Below the pieces are notes generated by a model, which had not been told where the DNA came from, made no database searches, and saw only the letters and a program-made list of their open reading frames with translations. Made by a program: the position numbers and the translations under genes. Positions 38,880-48,360 of a stretch of 64,000 nt of DNA are shown here, piece after piece (the stretch's first letter is position 1; each line of letters opens with the position of its first letter). Where the stretch lies: positions 64,001-128,000 of the IMG/VR virus record IMGVR_UViG_3300031669_005479, one strand, 5' to 3'. The stretch is from a virus. Taxonomy: Duplodnaviria > Caudoviricetes.

Positions 38880-39535
38880 TTTGACAAAATGGAAACAAGA
38901 TATCTTTTAAGTAGAATGAAATTAGGAAATATTTTATAATATTTTAGATATTCATCGCCTTCATTATCAAAATATGAATATTCTGTCCTTTGCTTCAAAT
39001 ATTCAACCATTTTTTCAACATTAAATTGAAAAAATTCATACATTTTTAGATTGATACTTACAATAGTTTCCTTATTCTCGCCAAAATTTTTATTTTCAAA
39101 TAGTAAATACACCATTTCATTTTTGTAGTGGTATGTCGCTTTAATATTCTTAGGAATAATATCTAAAAAATCTTCCAAATCTTTTATTTGAAAAAAAACT
39201 GGGTCTAAGTTTGTAAACATATACTTTGGAATATAGTATAGTGATGGTGCATCATTTACAAAGGAATTTATTCCTTTAACATGTGATGCCTTACCTTCTT
39301 CAAAACTACATTCCCAATACAATTCATTTGTAATTATTTTTCTTTTGAGAATATCAGCATTTTGAATTATCTGATTATCTGGGTTACAATTTTTCATGAA
39401 TGACCATCCAACATATAGTGTTGGGAGTGACATATCCAACTTTTCATACTCAATTGGTTCATTATAATAGTTAACATAATCGACCTTAGTGTGATTAACC
39501 AATTCTTTTTCGTAAACAATATTTGCGATTTTCAT
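38876..39535 (-). CDS. Hypothetical protein
   Basis: 219 aa ORF, LPTLYVGW motif. Confidence 0.65.
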   Translation of the reverse strand: MKIANIVYEKELVNHTKVDYVNYYNEPIEYEKLDMSLPTLYVGWSFMKNCNPDNQIIQNADILKRKIITNELYWECSFEEGKASHVKGINSFVNDAPSLYYIPKYMFTNLDPVFFQIKDLEDFLDIIPKNIKATYHYKNEMVYLLFENKNFGENKETIVSINLKMYEFFQFNVEKMVEYLKQRTEYSYFDNEGDEYLKYYKIFPNFILLKRYLVSILSK

Positions 39536-39546
39536 ATACCATTTAT

Positions 39547-40293
39547 TTAAATTATTGTTTGATAATTAGATATTTCTGTTACATGCCAAAGTTTTTCTCT
39601 ATCAAGACTTCTCTTCCATGTCATGTATGCATCACCATTATGTTCATCATAGCACAAATCATCCGTTAGATGATACGCCAAATTCTTAACCGTAATATAC
39701 CACGATTTATTTATTTCATGCAATTTATTGCGAATATTACCATCATAATAATATATTGTTTCGAGAATAAATAGGTCTTTCTTTTTCAATGTCATTAGTG
39801 CTGGAACTCCAATCCCAACAACACTAATTGGAGACATATTTGCTCTATTGTTCATATAGTCAACATAGTAATTAGTTCCAATACGTCTATTTGGATTTCT
39901 CCAGTTACTTAGTGGATATAAATCAACTGACGATATTGCGCAATCGCCATTATTAAATGCCCCAAATATTTCTTGCATTGTTGATTTCATATCATATATG
40001 TAATAATCTCCATCAGTAATGGTAATATAATCATACTTTCGCAAAAAATCTCCATATTCTTTTAAAAATATATTAATTGCATTAGCAACAATATTTTTTT
40101 CAAACTGAATGTATCCTACTAGATTATTTTTTATTTTTTTTTGTTCAAGAAAATATTTTACAATCTCTTCCGAATAATTTGATTTATTTTCAACAATAAA
40201 ATAATCTATATTGTCTTGATACATTGAATCAAAAGACATTTTAATGTGTTCTACATTATTAAAACAAAAAAAAACTAATATGTGTGTGTTCAT
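39547..40293 (-). CDS. GT-A fold glycosyltransferase-like protein
   Basis: DYFIVENKS, YDYITITDGD (DxD). Confidence 0.6.
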   Translation of the reverse strand: MNTHILVFFCFNNVEHIKMSFDSMYQDNIDYFIVENKSNYSEEIVKYFLEQKKIKNNLVGYIQFEKNIVANAINIFLKEYGDFLRKYDYITITDGDYYIYDMKSTMQEIFGAFNNGDCAISSVDLYPLSNWRNPNRRIGTNYYVDYMNNRANMSPISVVGIGVPALMTLKKKDLFILETIYYYDGNIRNKLHEINKSWYITVKNLAYHLTDDLCYDEHNGDAYMTWKRSLDREKLWHVTEISNYQTII

Positions 40294-40892
40294 ACATCTT
40301 TAATTTTAATTGCTGGTGTGCCAACATATACACCAGATTCATTAATATTTTTTATTACTCCAGAATTTAGACCAATAATTATGTCATCACCAATACTAGT
40401 TTTTTCTCTCACACATGAATTACACCCCAAGTATACTCGATTACCAATATTACAGTTACCTAAAACATGAACATTAGGTGCGGTAGTAAAAAAATCCCCA
40501 ATTATTGCATCGTGACTTATATTTGTTGCACGATTTAGTTGAGCATGCTTACCAATTTTAATATTTGTTGTCAATATTGAACCAGCACATATAATCGAAC
40601 CCTCACCAATTTCAATATTATCAAAAATTTGTACTGATTTATGTATAAATGTAAAAAATTTAGTATTGATTGGCAATGCATTCACTAATTTTTGTCTACC
40701 ATACATATCACCAATAGCAACTACTACCTCGTAAATATTTGGGTTAAATTTACTAATTGGAAATATTTTAATATTATCATAAGAATATTCATCGCCAACA
40801 AAAAACACGATTTCCTCATTAGGATTATTATCTAACATCTGAACATATAGTTCTCTGCCCATACCACCAGCACCAATAATTGCTTTTTTCAT
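40290..40892 (-). CDS. Sugar O-acyltransferase (NeuD/PglD family, hexapeptide repeats)
   Basis: IIGAGGMGRE, VVAIGD...R.K, IGEGSII, NISHDAIIGDF, YVGTPA. Confidence 0.9.
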   Translation of the reverse strand: MKKAIIGAGGMGRELYVQMLDNNPNEEIVFFVGDEYSYDNIKIFPISKFNPNIYEVVVAIGDMYGRQKLVNALPINTKFFTFIHKSVQIFDNIEIGEGSIICAGSILTTNIKIGKHAQLNRATNISHDAIIGDFFTTAPNVHVLGNCNIGNRVYLGCNSCVREKTSIGDDIIIGLNSGVIKNINESGVYVGTPAIKIKDV

Positions 40893-40916
40893 GATTTATT
40901 ATTATGTATTAAATTT

Positions 40917-41483
40917 CTAATCATTTTGTATACGCTCAAAAATAAAAAAATCTGCTTGAGTATCATCACCTTTATATGGATTATCCAAAAATTTAATTAA
41001 TTTAAATTCTTGTGGTACGTCAGGCATAAATTTCCTAAATAAATTATGTATGCCACCAAGAACCTCATCTTTATTGGTACTATAAATAATAACATACTTA
41101 TTACTTAGTCTGAAAAGGTCTTTCATATATTGCAGATACACATCTTGTTCAATCAAATGCAATATAACATCCATTGAAATTGTTAAATCATATGTTGTAA
41201 GGTCTGCCATTGACGTAGTAAACTTATGGTTATAATTCATTTTATTTCTATCTATAACAAATTGACTCACATCAAATCCCGTATAGTCAGGAATAGTAAA
41301 TAATGAAAACAACCAATCACCACAACCAAGTTCACACGCAGTTTGAATATTATTATCTATTACAAAATCATTGATTATTTTTGCTTTATATTCTGCAATA
41401 ATACCTTGTGAGCCAATTCCAGAATTTCCACCTGATTTGTATCTATTTTCCCAATATTCCTTGCTATTAAAACTATTGCTCAT
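40917..41483 (-). CDS. Class I SAM-dependent methyltransferase
   Basis: YWENRY..GGNSG.GS, ELGCGD, GFDVS, DL.ISMDVILHL. Confidence 0.88.
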   Translation of the reverse strand: MSNSFNSKEYWENRYKSGGNSGIGSQGIIAEYKAKIINDFVIDNNIQTACELGCGDWLFSLFTIPDYTGFDVSQFVIDRNKMNYNHKFTTSMADLTTYDLTISMDVILHLIEQDVYLQYMKDLFRLSNKYVIIYSTNKDEVLGGIHNLFRKFMPDVPQEFKLIKFLDNPYKGDDTQADFFIFERIQND

Positions 41484-42217
41484 ATTTTATTAAAAATGTT
41501 ATTTATGAATTCCGTTTGAACTTTATCGTCGTATCTATGCTTATCAAAAACATAATTATCTTCTAAAAATTGTTCTTTATGTTTTAAATATCCTTCCCGA
41601 TGTTCGAGTACAATTCTACGTATGCCCCTTTTCTTCGCAAAATAATTCACATATATATCATCCATTGATGTAGTTCCACAGAAATCATACCATTTATCAA
41701 GGTCATCATAAAATTCTCGTTTAAATAATGACCCGCAATTGCTTGCAATATCTACTTCAACATCTTGTTCAACATTTCCTAACGAACGAAAAACGGCTAA
41801 TGGCTGTCCATAATAACTAATAATATTACCTTTAGGTAGTATTCTGCCATGCAAGGAAACCATAGCATTATACTTTTCACAACCATTTACTAATTTATGG
41901 AGATAATTTGATGGATATATTAAATCATCATCGGCCAAGCAAATATAATAATTATGACCAATACCAACAAATCTAAGTTTTTCATTACTTCCCTTTTCAT
42001 TATTAGTTCTATGAAGACTTATCTTTTCATCATTTAACATTTCATTTACGAACTTCCATTGCTCATCAGTGTAATTGTTACATGAAATTGTAATTGTACC
42101 AACTTCTGGATTTAACAACAAAGATTTAACCGTTTTAACAACATGTCCCTGTCGCCATAAGGATGCCATATAAATATCAACAAATTTATCCATACTAATT
42201 AATAGGTTTTTGTCCAT
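41480..42217 (-). CDS. GT2-like glycosyltransferase
   Basis: YICLADDDLIYP, SMDDIY. Confidence 0.8.
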   Translation of the reverse strand: MDKNLLISMDKFVDIYMASLWRQGHVVKTVKSLLLNPEVGTITISCNNYTDEQWKFVNEMLNDEKISLHRTNNEKGSNEKLRFVGIGHNYYICLADDDLIYPSNYLHKLVNGCEKYNAMVSLHGRILPKGNIISYYGQPLAVFRSLGNVEQDVEVDIASNCGSLFKREFYDDLDKWYDFCGTTSMDDIYVNYFAKKRGIRRIVLEHREGYLKHKEQFLEDNYVFDKHRYDDKVQTEFINNIFNKI

Positions 42218-44309
42218 AATTTGGGCTACCTTGTGTTTGTGTCAACACCAAGTCAATCCATTTTTGCTGTAATCTTTTCGTAAGACTAGATATTACTCTA
42301 TAGTCTCCAAAATTCCATGAACCCCAATCAACAGGTAAGTGCTTACTATGAAACATAAATCCAATACCTGAAATATTACCAGCAATTATCCTACCAAATC
42401 CATCATTGCTTGGAACAATTTGACCATTAATATCCACTCGCCATAATAATATTTGATTTTCATTTTCAATATTATCTACAATAATTTTTAATGAATCTGG
42501 ATTAATAAATTTATCATCATCGTCTAAATACATTATCCAGCCACCTTTTACATATTTTTGTAATTCATTTAAATGCAAATTCCAAGGTGCTGGATAACTT
42601 GCTGGACCATCTGGAATTGTTGTTGAATATTCCTGCAAATCTAATTTAATGTAATCAGAAAAATAGTCACATTTTATATCACTTCCCACAATATGATTAA
42701 CATTTTTATATGTTTGGGTTAAAATAGAATCCTGACATACTTTAAAATGCTTCGGCCTGTCATGTGTTCGTGTTAATATATTTACCAGTGGATTGTTATT
42801 GCTTTCATGATTGTTGTCATTATTTTTTATAAATGATAGCAATCTTTCATAGTCAACCATAAATCGTTGTTCACCACCACTTAATTTATTTCTTGAGATT
42901 GATTCATAGTGATATGCGACGGCATCGCTAATTGTAATGTTTTTAAGTCCAGAATATTTACATTTGAGATTCAATTCGACATCCTCTAAACATTCAATAT
43001 ATTCTTCATTAAAACCGCCAAACATTAAAAACAATTCTTTTTTTATTAACAAAAAACCGCCAGTATTTCCTTGTGAATTATAATTAATCTCTGTTTGAAA
43101 GCCATCAGTCTTCCTAATATCTTTATGTGATAGTCTTATTTGATTATTATTATCCTTAACTATGGTAATCCCGTTGTGTTGAATACTGCCATCACCATAA
43201 TGTAAACGAATTCCAATTGTTCCAACATTATTTTTATTTTGATTGTAAACTTCAACACATCTACTTAACGCATCGTTTAGTAACTTTATATCGTCATTAC
43301 AAAATAAAATTAACTCAGTATCTGCAGATAGATGATTTTTAACAACATCATTATTTATTTTCGCAAAATTATACCAATTGTATTTAATCAATTTAATTCT
43401 ATCATCAAGAAATTCATCATATTTTTTTATAACGTCTTCATCACTACCAGTATCGGCAATAATTATTTCATAGTTATTATATCTAACAAATTCTTTCCAA
43501 GAATTAATATTATTATTAAGATAACTATAATTGTTTTTTGTTGGAATTATAACAGAAACTTTTGGAAATTCCTTTAACTTTACGTTGAGTTCGCTATGTT
43601 GTGGAGATACTGACAATGGAAGTTCGTCTGCATATCTCCGAGCAAATTGTAATCTATTGTTTTCCCATTGCTGGTTTGTCATACCTATTGACTTATGTAA
43701 TATACGGATTACAGTTGTTACCCCAATATTGCAGCCATCTAAATAATTTGGAATACAAAATCCCAAATCATAAAAATGAAAACCAGCAAACGTTTCGTCA
43801 AATTTATGAATAATTGTATCTGGATTAAAAGTAATAAATAAACCATCAATTAATACCACTTCTTTGACACCAAGAATCTCTGGTGAATACTGACTTACCC
43901 ATGTATTATAACCATCTGTATGCTCAACAATACCACACATTTTTGTTCTATCTTCCCACCATTGAGCAGAAGCAGGTAAAAATGTACTACCAGCAACACC
44001 AATTATATCATAATCAGAACTATTATATTTAGTTAATAAAAGTCTACCCCAATTTTTTGTCTTAATAATAATATCGTTATGACACATAACAAAAATGCAA
44101 TCTTTTTCATAATGATGAGTAATTGCATCGTTATATATTTTAGATAGACCATATTGATTAAAATTGGGATAACAAACTACCTTATGCTTAACACCAATGC
44201 TACTACTAATGTGTTTAATAAACTCATTATTTTCAAGTTCAGTTAAATGAGAAGAAAATATTACAACAATATTATTTTTCATGTATACAGCTTTTGCAAC
44301 TGCAAACAT
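42195..44309 (-). CDS. Three-domain glycosyltransferase (three GT-A domains)
   Basis: Domain 1 FVMCHNDI...FHFYD; domain 2 VSVIIPTK...ADTGS...LFCNDDI...EDVEL; domain 3 VNILTRT...MYLDDDD...GDY. Confidence 0.88.
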   Translation of the reverse strand: MFAVAKAVYMKNNIVVIFSSHLTELENNEFIKHISSSIGVKHKVVCYPNFNQYGLSKIYNDAITHHYEKDCIFVMCHNDIIIKTKNWGRLLLTKYNSSDYDIIGVAGSTFLPASAQWWEDRTKMCGIVEHTDGYNTWVSQYSPEILGVKEVVLIDGLFITFNPDTIIHKFDETFAGFHFYDLGFCIPNYLDGCNIGVTTVIRILHKSIGMTNQQWENNRLQFARRYADELPLSVSPQHSELNVKLKEFPKVSVIIPTKNNYSYLNNNINSWKEFVRYNNYEIIIADTGSDEDVIKKYDEFLDDRIKLIKYNWYNFAKINNDVVKNHLSADTELILFCNDDIKLLNDALSRCVEVYNQNKNNVGTIGIRLHYGDGSIQHNGITIVKDNNNQIRLSHKDIRKTDGFQTEINYNSQGNTGGFLLIKKELFLMFGGFNEEYIECLEDVELNLKCKYSGLKNITISDAVAYHYESISRNKLSGGEQRFMVDYERLLSFIKNNDNNHESNNNPLVNILTRTHDRPKHFKVCQDSILTQTYKNVNHIVGSDIKCDYFSDYIKLDLQEYSTTIPDGPASYPAPWNLHLNELQKYVKGGWIMYLDDDDKFINPDSLKIIVDNIENENQILLWRVDINGQIVPSNDGFGRIIAGNISGIGFMFHSKHLPVDWGSWNFGDYRVISSLTKRLQQKWIDLVLTQTQGSPNYGQKPIN

Positions 44310-44336
44310 AAGTAATTTAATTTAAAATTACAAGTA

Positions 44337-44651
44337 TTATTCGTTTATATAGGTAGTTAATATCGACTCATAATCAGATTTTGCCTTACTTAATGGAAAT
44401 GCTATTCGAATAAGTGCACCTTCTGGTATGTCAAATTCACTAACATATATATTATTGGCATATAATATTAGAAAATCATAAAAAGGATTACCATAATATT
44501 TTTGTGACAATTTATCGAGTCTACTGTTTTCAGGATTCCAAGTTTCATACTTATCACTAGAATTTATTGGTAAATCAACAAATGGCATTGGGTTAATTGT
44601 ACCGTCCGAATTTCTCAATATTGAATATCTATCGTAGTCTTTATATGGCAT
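44337..44651 (-). CDS. Baseplate wedge protein, LysM/gp53-like
   Basis: RLDKLSQKYYGNP...LILYAN...IPEGALIRI. Confidence 0.75.
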   Translation of the reverse strand: MPYKDYDRYSILRNSDGTINPMPFVDLPINSSDKYETWNPENSRLDKLSQKYYGNPFYDFLILYANNIYVSEFDIPEGALIRIAFPLSKAKSDYESILTTYINE

Positions 44652-44659
44652 ATATTCTA

Positions 44660-47600
44660 TTATTTAGTTCCATTATTTTGATTATTCTGCGAATCTCTTA
44701 TTGCATTAAATGCAGATAATAATGCAGAATTTTTTCCATTTAAAATTCCCTGTGTATAGCTCGACTGATTTTCGGCAACACTTGTTGGAAGTTTATACAT
44801 ACCATCACTAGTATATGTAGAATTTGCATAATAATTGAATGATACAGCATTTTGAAGTGCATCAATTGGTCCCTTAAGCGATTGCCCACCAATTATTTTC
44901 ATTTGCATTGTGATTTTAGCCATCATTGGCTGCATACCAAAACCTTCTGGGTTCATATCCCATGCACTATCATTATAGTCAATTGTTATGTTATCAATTA
45001 CAATTTTAGTATAAAAAAAATCACCTATTCTTAATATACATATTGGTTGTTTACCAAATACAGAATTTTTACCCTGTATTTCTCCATTATCATCTATAAT
45101 ATCATATCTTTTTGCAGCACCCTGCCTAACACATTGCTGCAAAAAAGTAAGACGTTTATGAAAATCTTCGGGTGTCTGACTATGATTAGCAGGTGAGTAA
45201 TAGTTTTCCTTAATATTTTCAAATTGATTTAACACACCCTTTGAATCAAATTTTCTTTGACTATAAATATTATCGGAAATATCACCACTACCATTATTTG
45301 AATTTAATCTATCAATTTTTGATTGAAGTGAATCAATTTCTTTTTGTTTTTCAGATATATCGGTAATATCACTACTTGATTGCAAATTACCATTTATTGG
45401 AATACTCTTTATTTGTGGTGGAGTTGGAATTCTTGAATTTCTAGCAATAAGTATTGTGGCAGTTCTATCACGTTTAACAATGTCAAGATTAATATTATTT
45501 TTATCTGCACCTTCTGAACTACCAACACTACTACCCTGACTTATTGGGTCTTTTAAATCAAAATCATCAAGATTTGATATATTAAGAACCGCTTTTAATC
45601 TTGCCTCAAAAAATTTTCTTGCTGCCAATCCTCTTCTAAATCCAAGTTGATAATTATAATCAGCTTCTTCTGATTTATTTTCATACAATTTTGATGCGTT
45701 TCCAACAAAATTAACCGAATAATATTGTCTAAATTCCTCATTACCAAAAATATCTTTTAATCTCTGATTAAAATAATTCTGAGAATTACCATCACCAATA
45801 TCTTGTTGATTAATTTGTCCAATATTATATTGATCAACATTACTATTATCTTTAACATATTTACCACCAGTAGATTCGGTGAGACCAGTGAAATAATATA
45901 TTTGACTGTTTAATCCTAATGCCCTTCCTTCCTGAGCACTATCAACTTTTGTTGAAATTTCATAATGAAGCGGATTATTATACATGTAGTTCATTGTAGT
46001 GTTTACTTGACTATCAGTTGGAACATCATTTTGAAAATATATAATAAAACTTTCACTAACTGTTGGTGGTTCAGAATATGTATTATTAGTACCATTAATG
46101 GTATTAATTTCATTTTTTAAAACATTTATTCTTAATTGCAAATCATTAATTGCTGCACTAGGATTTAATGGGTCACCACCGAATGCAAAAAAATCTGCGA
46201 CCTTCTTCTTATAATCAGGATTTCCTATATAGTTTTTTAGTTGTTCGGGATAATCCATTAACATAACAAAACTAAGCGTTGCACTTCTTTCAGAATTCAT
46301 GTAATTATACATTGGTTCGTTTCTACCAAGCATAACAGTTGGTTCAAATTTCGCACTAGCTGTTTCGTTTAACTGCATATCATAAGGTGGAAACCACATA
46401 ATTCTTCCAGAAAATGGTCCAACCTCACTTGATGGAATTGGTGATCCAAATTCGTCATCAATTATGCCATTACCACTTTTTGGGTCTTTAATTACACCAA
46501 TTGCAAGATTTTCAATACTAAACATTAGATTTTTCGAATCAATGTTGCCCTTATCATCTCGTGTTGGATGAATTCTTGGCATTACTGATTGATGTATAAC
46601 AGAATTTTCATTTCCACCATAAGCAATATTACCAACGTATCTTAATGTCTTTGCATATCTATCATATTGATCAATTACAGAATGTTGACGAATACCAGTA
46701 TAGTTTAGATTACCACTAACATTTGCATATTGAGAATTATTTGACTGCCATAAAGGATTACCATTAAACCCAATTACATCGTTACCATTCACAAATGCTT
46801 TTTTTGTAATATCTATATAGTGACCAGAAGTAGCATTTAATAAATTCTTTGTATATTCCAATATACCACGCTTTACATTAAAATCGGTATTAAGAACAGA
46901 ACTCTGAAGTTGTAAATTATCCTGCTCGTATGTGGTATTGCCATGCAAATATGATGACACACTTTTTGCATTATCTGAAACACCATCTCTACCCCAAACA
47001 AGTTTATTATTAATACTTTCACTATCAACACTATTAACTACATTGTATAAATCAATACTACCCTTTTGTGGTGTTTTATTTGTTATTCCAAAATCAGAAT
47101 CAATAATGTCTTGACTTGGCGCATATTCATCTGTGGTTGTATCAGTAGTAAACGAATCAAACATATCGATATTGCTACGATAAACAACATATGATGGAGA
47201 ATAAATATGATTATAATTATATGGATGAAATTCTTTACTGTCGAAATTAAAATAAATTTTATCCAGCACAACATCAGATTGTCTAGTTAATTTTACTCCT
47301 TGATATGCACTATCAGAATTAATCGTACTAATCGTATTACTACTATCAGTACCATCTTGATTTATTGATTTATATACATTTAAATTAATGTTTCTAAAAA
47401 ATTGAATTAATTGACCCTTACCAGTATTTTTAAGATAGTCATCATTCGTAGGATTTGCACTAAGTGGATTGGCATTAGTAATATAATTAGTGCTATAAAA
47501 AGCAGTGCTAATTATTTTTTCAAATAGATTTGCATTAATATCCTTTGTAATACCATAATCGGTTGGAAATGACAACGGATTTTGCCATTTTAATATTTTA

Positions 47601-47950
47601 CTTAAATCAACAGATGGTAAATATTGCTGTGCCAAATGCGCTGCAGAATCATAAGATAACTGCTTAATAAGCATTTGTGATCCAATTTGTTCTAAATTAG
47701 TTAAATTTCCACCTCCAGCACTAACAATACCTCTTGAAATTAATGAATTACTAATATTTCCAATGCCGTTAAGTTGTGGAATAACATTAACATAATTACC
47801 AACTTGTTTTAATGAAGTTGGCGTATTATCTTGATATGGAACAGATGAATCATAAGGATTTTCTGCAATAATTGCATTTCTAAAATCATTATAATTAGTA
47901 TAAAATTTACCCTTCCAGCTAATATTTAAATTGCTATCTAATGTTGACAT
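44660..47950 (-). CDS. Large baseplate/hub protein with an OmpA-like domain
   Basis: RIMWFPPYD, F...MLGRNEP.Y.Y..SERS, YFQND...GNASK...YN.QLG.RR, PICILRIGDFF.TKIVI, QP. Confidence 0.7.
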   Translation of the reverse strand: MSTLDSNLNISWKGKFYTNYNDFRNAIIAENPYDSSVPYQDNTPTSLKQVGNYVNVIPQLNGIGNISNSLISRGIVSAGGGNLTNLEQIGSQMLIKQLSYDSAAHLAQQYLPSVDLSKILKWQNPLSFPTDYGITKDINANLFEKIISTAFYSTNYITNANPLSANPTNDDYLKNTGKGQLIQFFRNINLNVYKSINQDGTDSSNTISTINSDSAYQGVKLTRQSDVVLDKIYFNFDSKEFHPYNYNHIYSPSYVVYRSNIDMFDSFTTDTTTDEYAPSQDIIDSDFGITNKTPQKGSIDLYNVVNSVDSESINNKLVWGRDGVSDNAKSVSSYLHGNTTYEQDNLQLQSSVLNTDFNVKRGILEYTKNLLNATSGHYIDITKKAFVNGNDVIGFNGNPLWQSNNSQYANVSGNLNYTGIRQHSVIDQYDRYAKTLRYVGNIAYGGNENSVIHQSVMPRIHPTRDDKGNIDSKNLMFSIENLAIGVIKDPKSGNGIIDDEFGSPIPSSEVGPFSGRIMWFPPYDMQLNETASAKFEPTVMLGRNEPMYNYMNSERSATLSFVMLMDYPEQLKNYIGNPDYKKKVADFFAFGGDPLNPSAAINDLQLRINVLKNEINTINGTNNTYSEPPTVSESFIIYFQNDVPTDSQVNTTMNYMYNNPLHYEISTKVDSAQEGRALGLNSQIYYFTGLTESTGGKYVKDNSNVDQYNIGQINQQDIGDGNSQNYFNQRLKDIFGNEEFRQYYSVNFVGNASKLYENKSEEADYNYQLGFRRGLAARKFFEARLKAVLNISNLDDFDLKDPISQGSSVGSSEGADKNNINLDIVKRDRTATILIARNSRIPTPPQIKSIPINGNLQSSSDITDISEKQKEIDSLQSKIDRLNSNNGSGDISDNIYSQRKFDSKGVLNQFENIKENYYSPANHSQTPEDFHKRLTFLQQCVRQGAAKRYDIIDDNGEIQGKNSVFGKQPICILRIGDFFYTKIVIDNITIDYNDSAWDMNPEGFGMQPMMAKITMQMKIIGGQSLKGPIDALQNAVSFNYYANSTYTSDGMYKLPTSVAENQSSYTQGILNGKNSALLSAFNAIRDSQNNQNNGTK

Positions 47951-47964
47951 CCACGTATTTTTAA

Positions 47965-47972
47965 ATAAATAC
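47965..47972 (-). promoter_or_regulatory. GTATTTAT putative late promoter
   Basis: 14 nt upstream of ATG 47950. Confidence 0.7.
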
Positions 47973-48179
47973 TTGCAGAATAAGTTTTTTATATATACTT
48001 TTACCTTGCCAAAAACTATGCAATCGACATATTCTTATAACAATATTTTTTCCTAAAAAAAGTTGAGTATGTAATGAAATTAACTATGATTAATTGAAAT
48101 TATAATATTACTTTTGATTTTTTAATTGATTTCAATTGAAATGAACATAACTATCCCATATTGTCAAATTATTATTAAA

Positions 48180-48212
48180 TTTGTAAAAGTTAATAACAAT
48201 CTTGTAAATTTG
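48180..48212 (+). promoter_or_regulatory. Bacteroidota-type promoter with no downstream CDS on its strand
   Basis: TTTG-N21-TAAATTTG. Confidence 0.5.
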
Positions 48213-48304
48213 TTCATCAATTCGGAGAAGCGATGAAAGAAGTTTGAATGAGTTAAATAACTGTTTGTCTGAAAGACTCCCAAAAGTTTAATGAAAAACT
48301 TCGT

Positions 48305-48335
48305 CAAAGTTACAATATTTTTTTGACAATATCAA
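48305..48335 (-). promoter_or_regulatory. Bacteroidota-type promoter, convergent with 48180..48212
   Basis: TTG-N20-TAACTTTG. Confidence 0.55.
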
Positions 48336-48360
48336 GACATTTTATGTTTTATGGCAAAAT

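Noticed and set aside
39547-44309. GT block as a DNA-hypermodification system
   Set aside because: Not excluded, but no base-modifying enzyme (hydroxymethylase, TET/JBP, preQ pathway) is visible and the context is late and structural, so it ranks below virion glycosylation.
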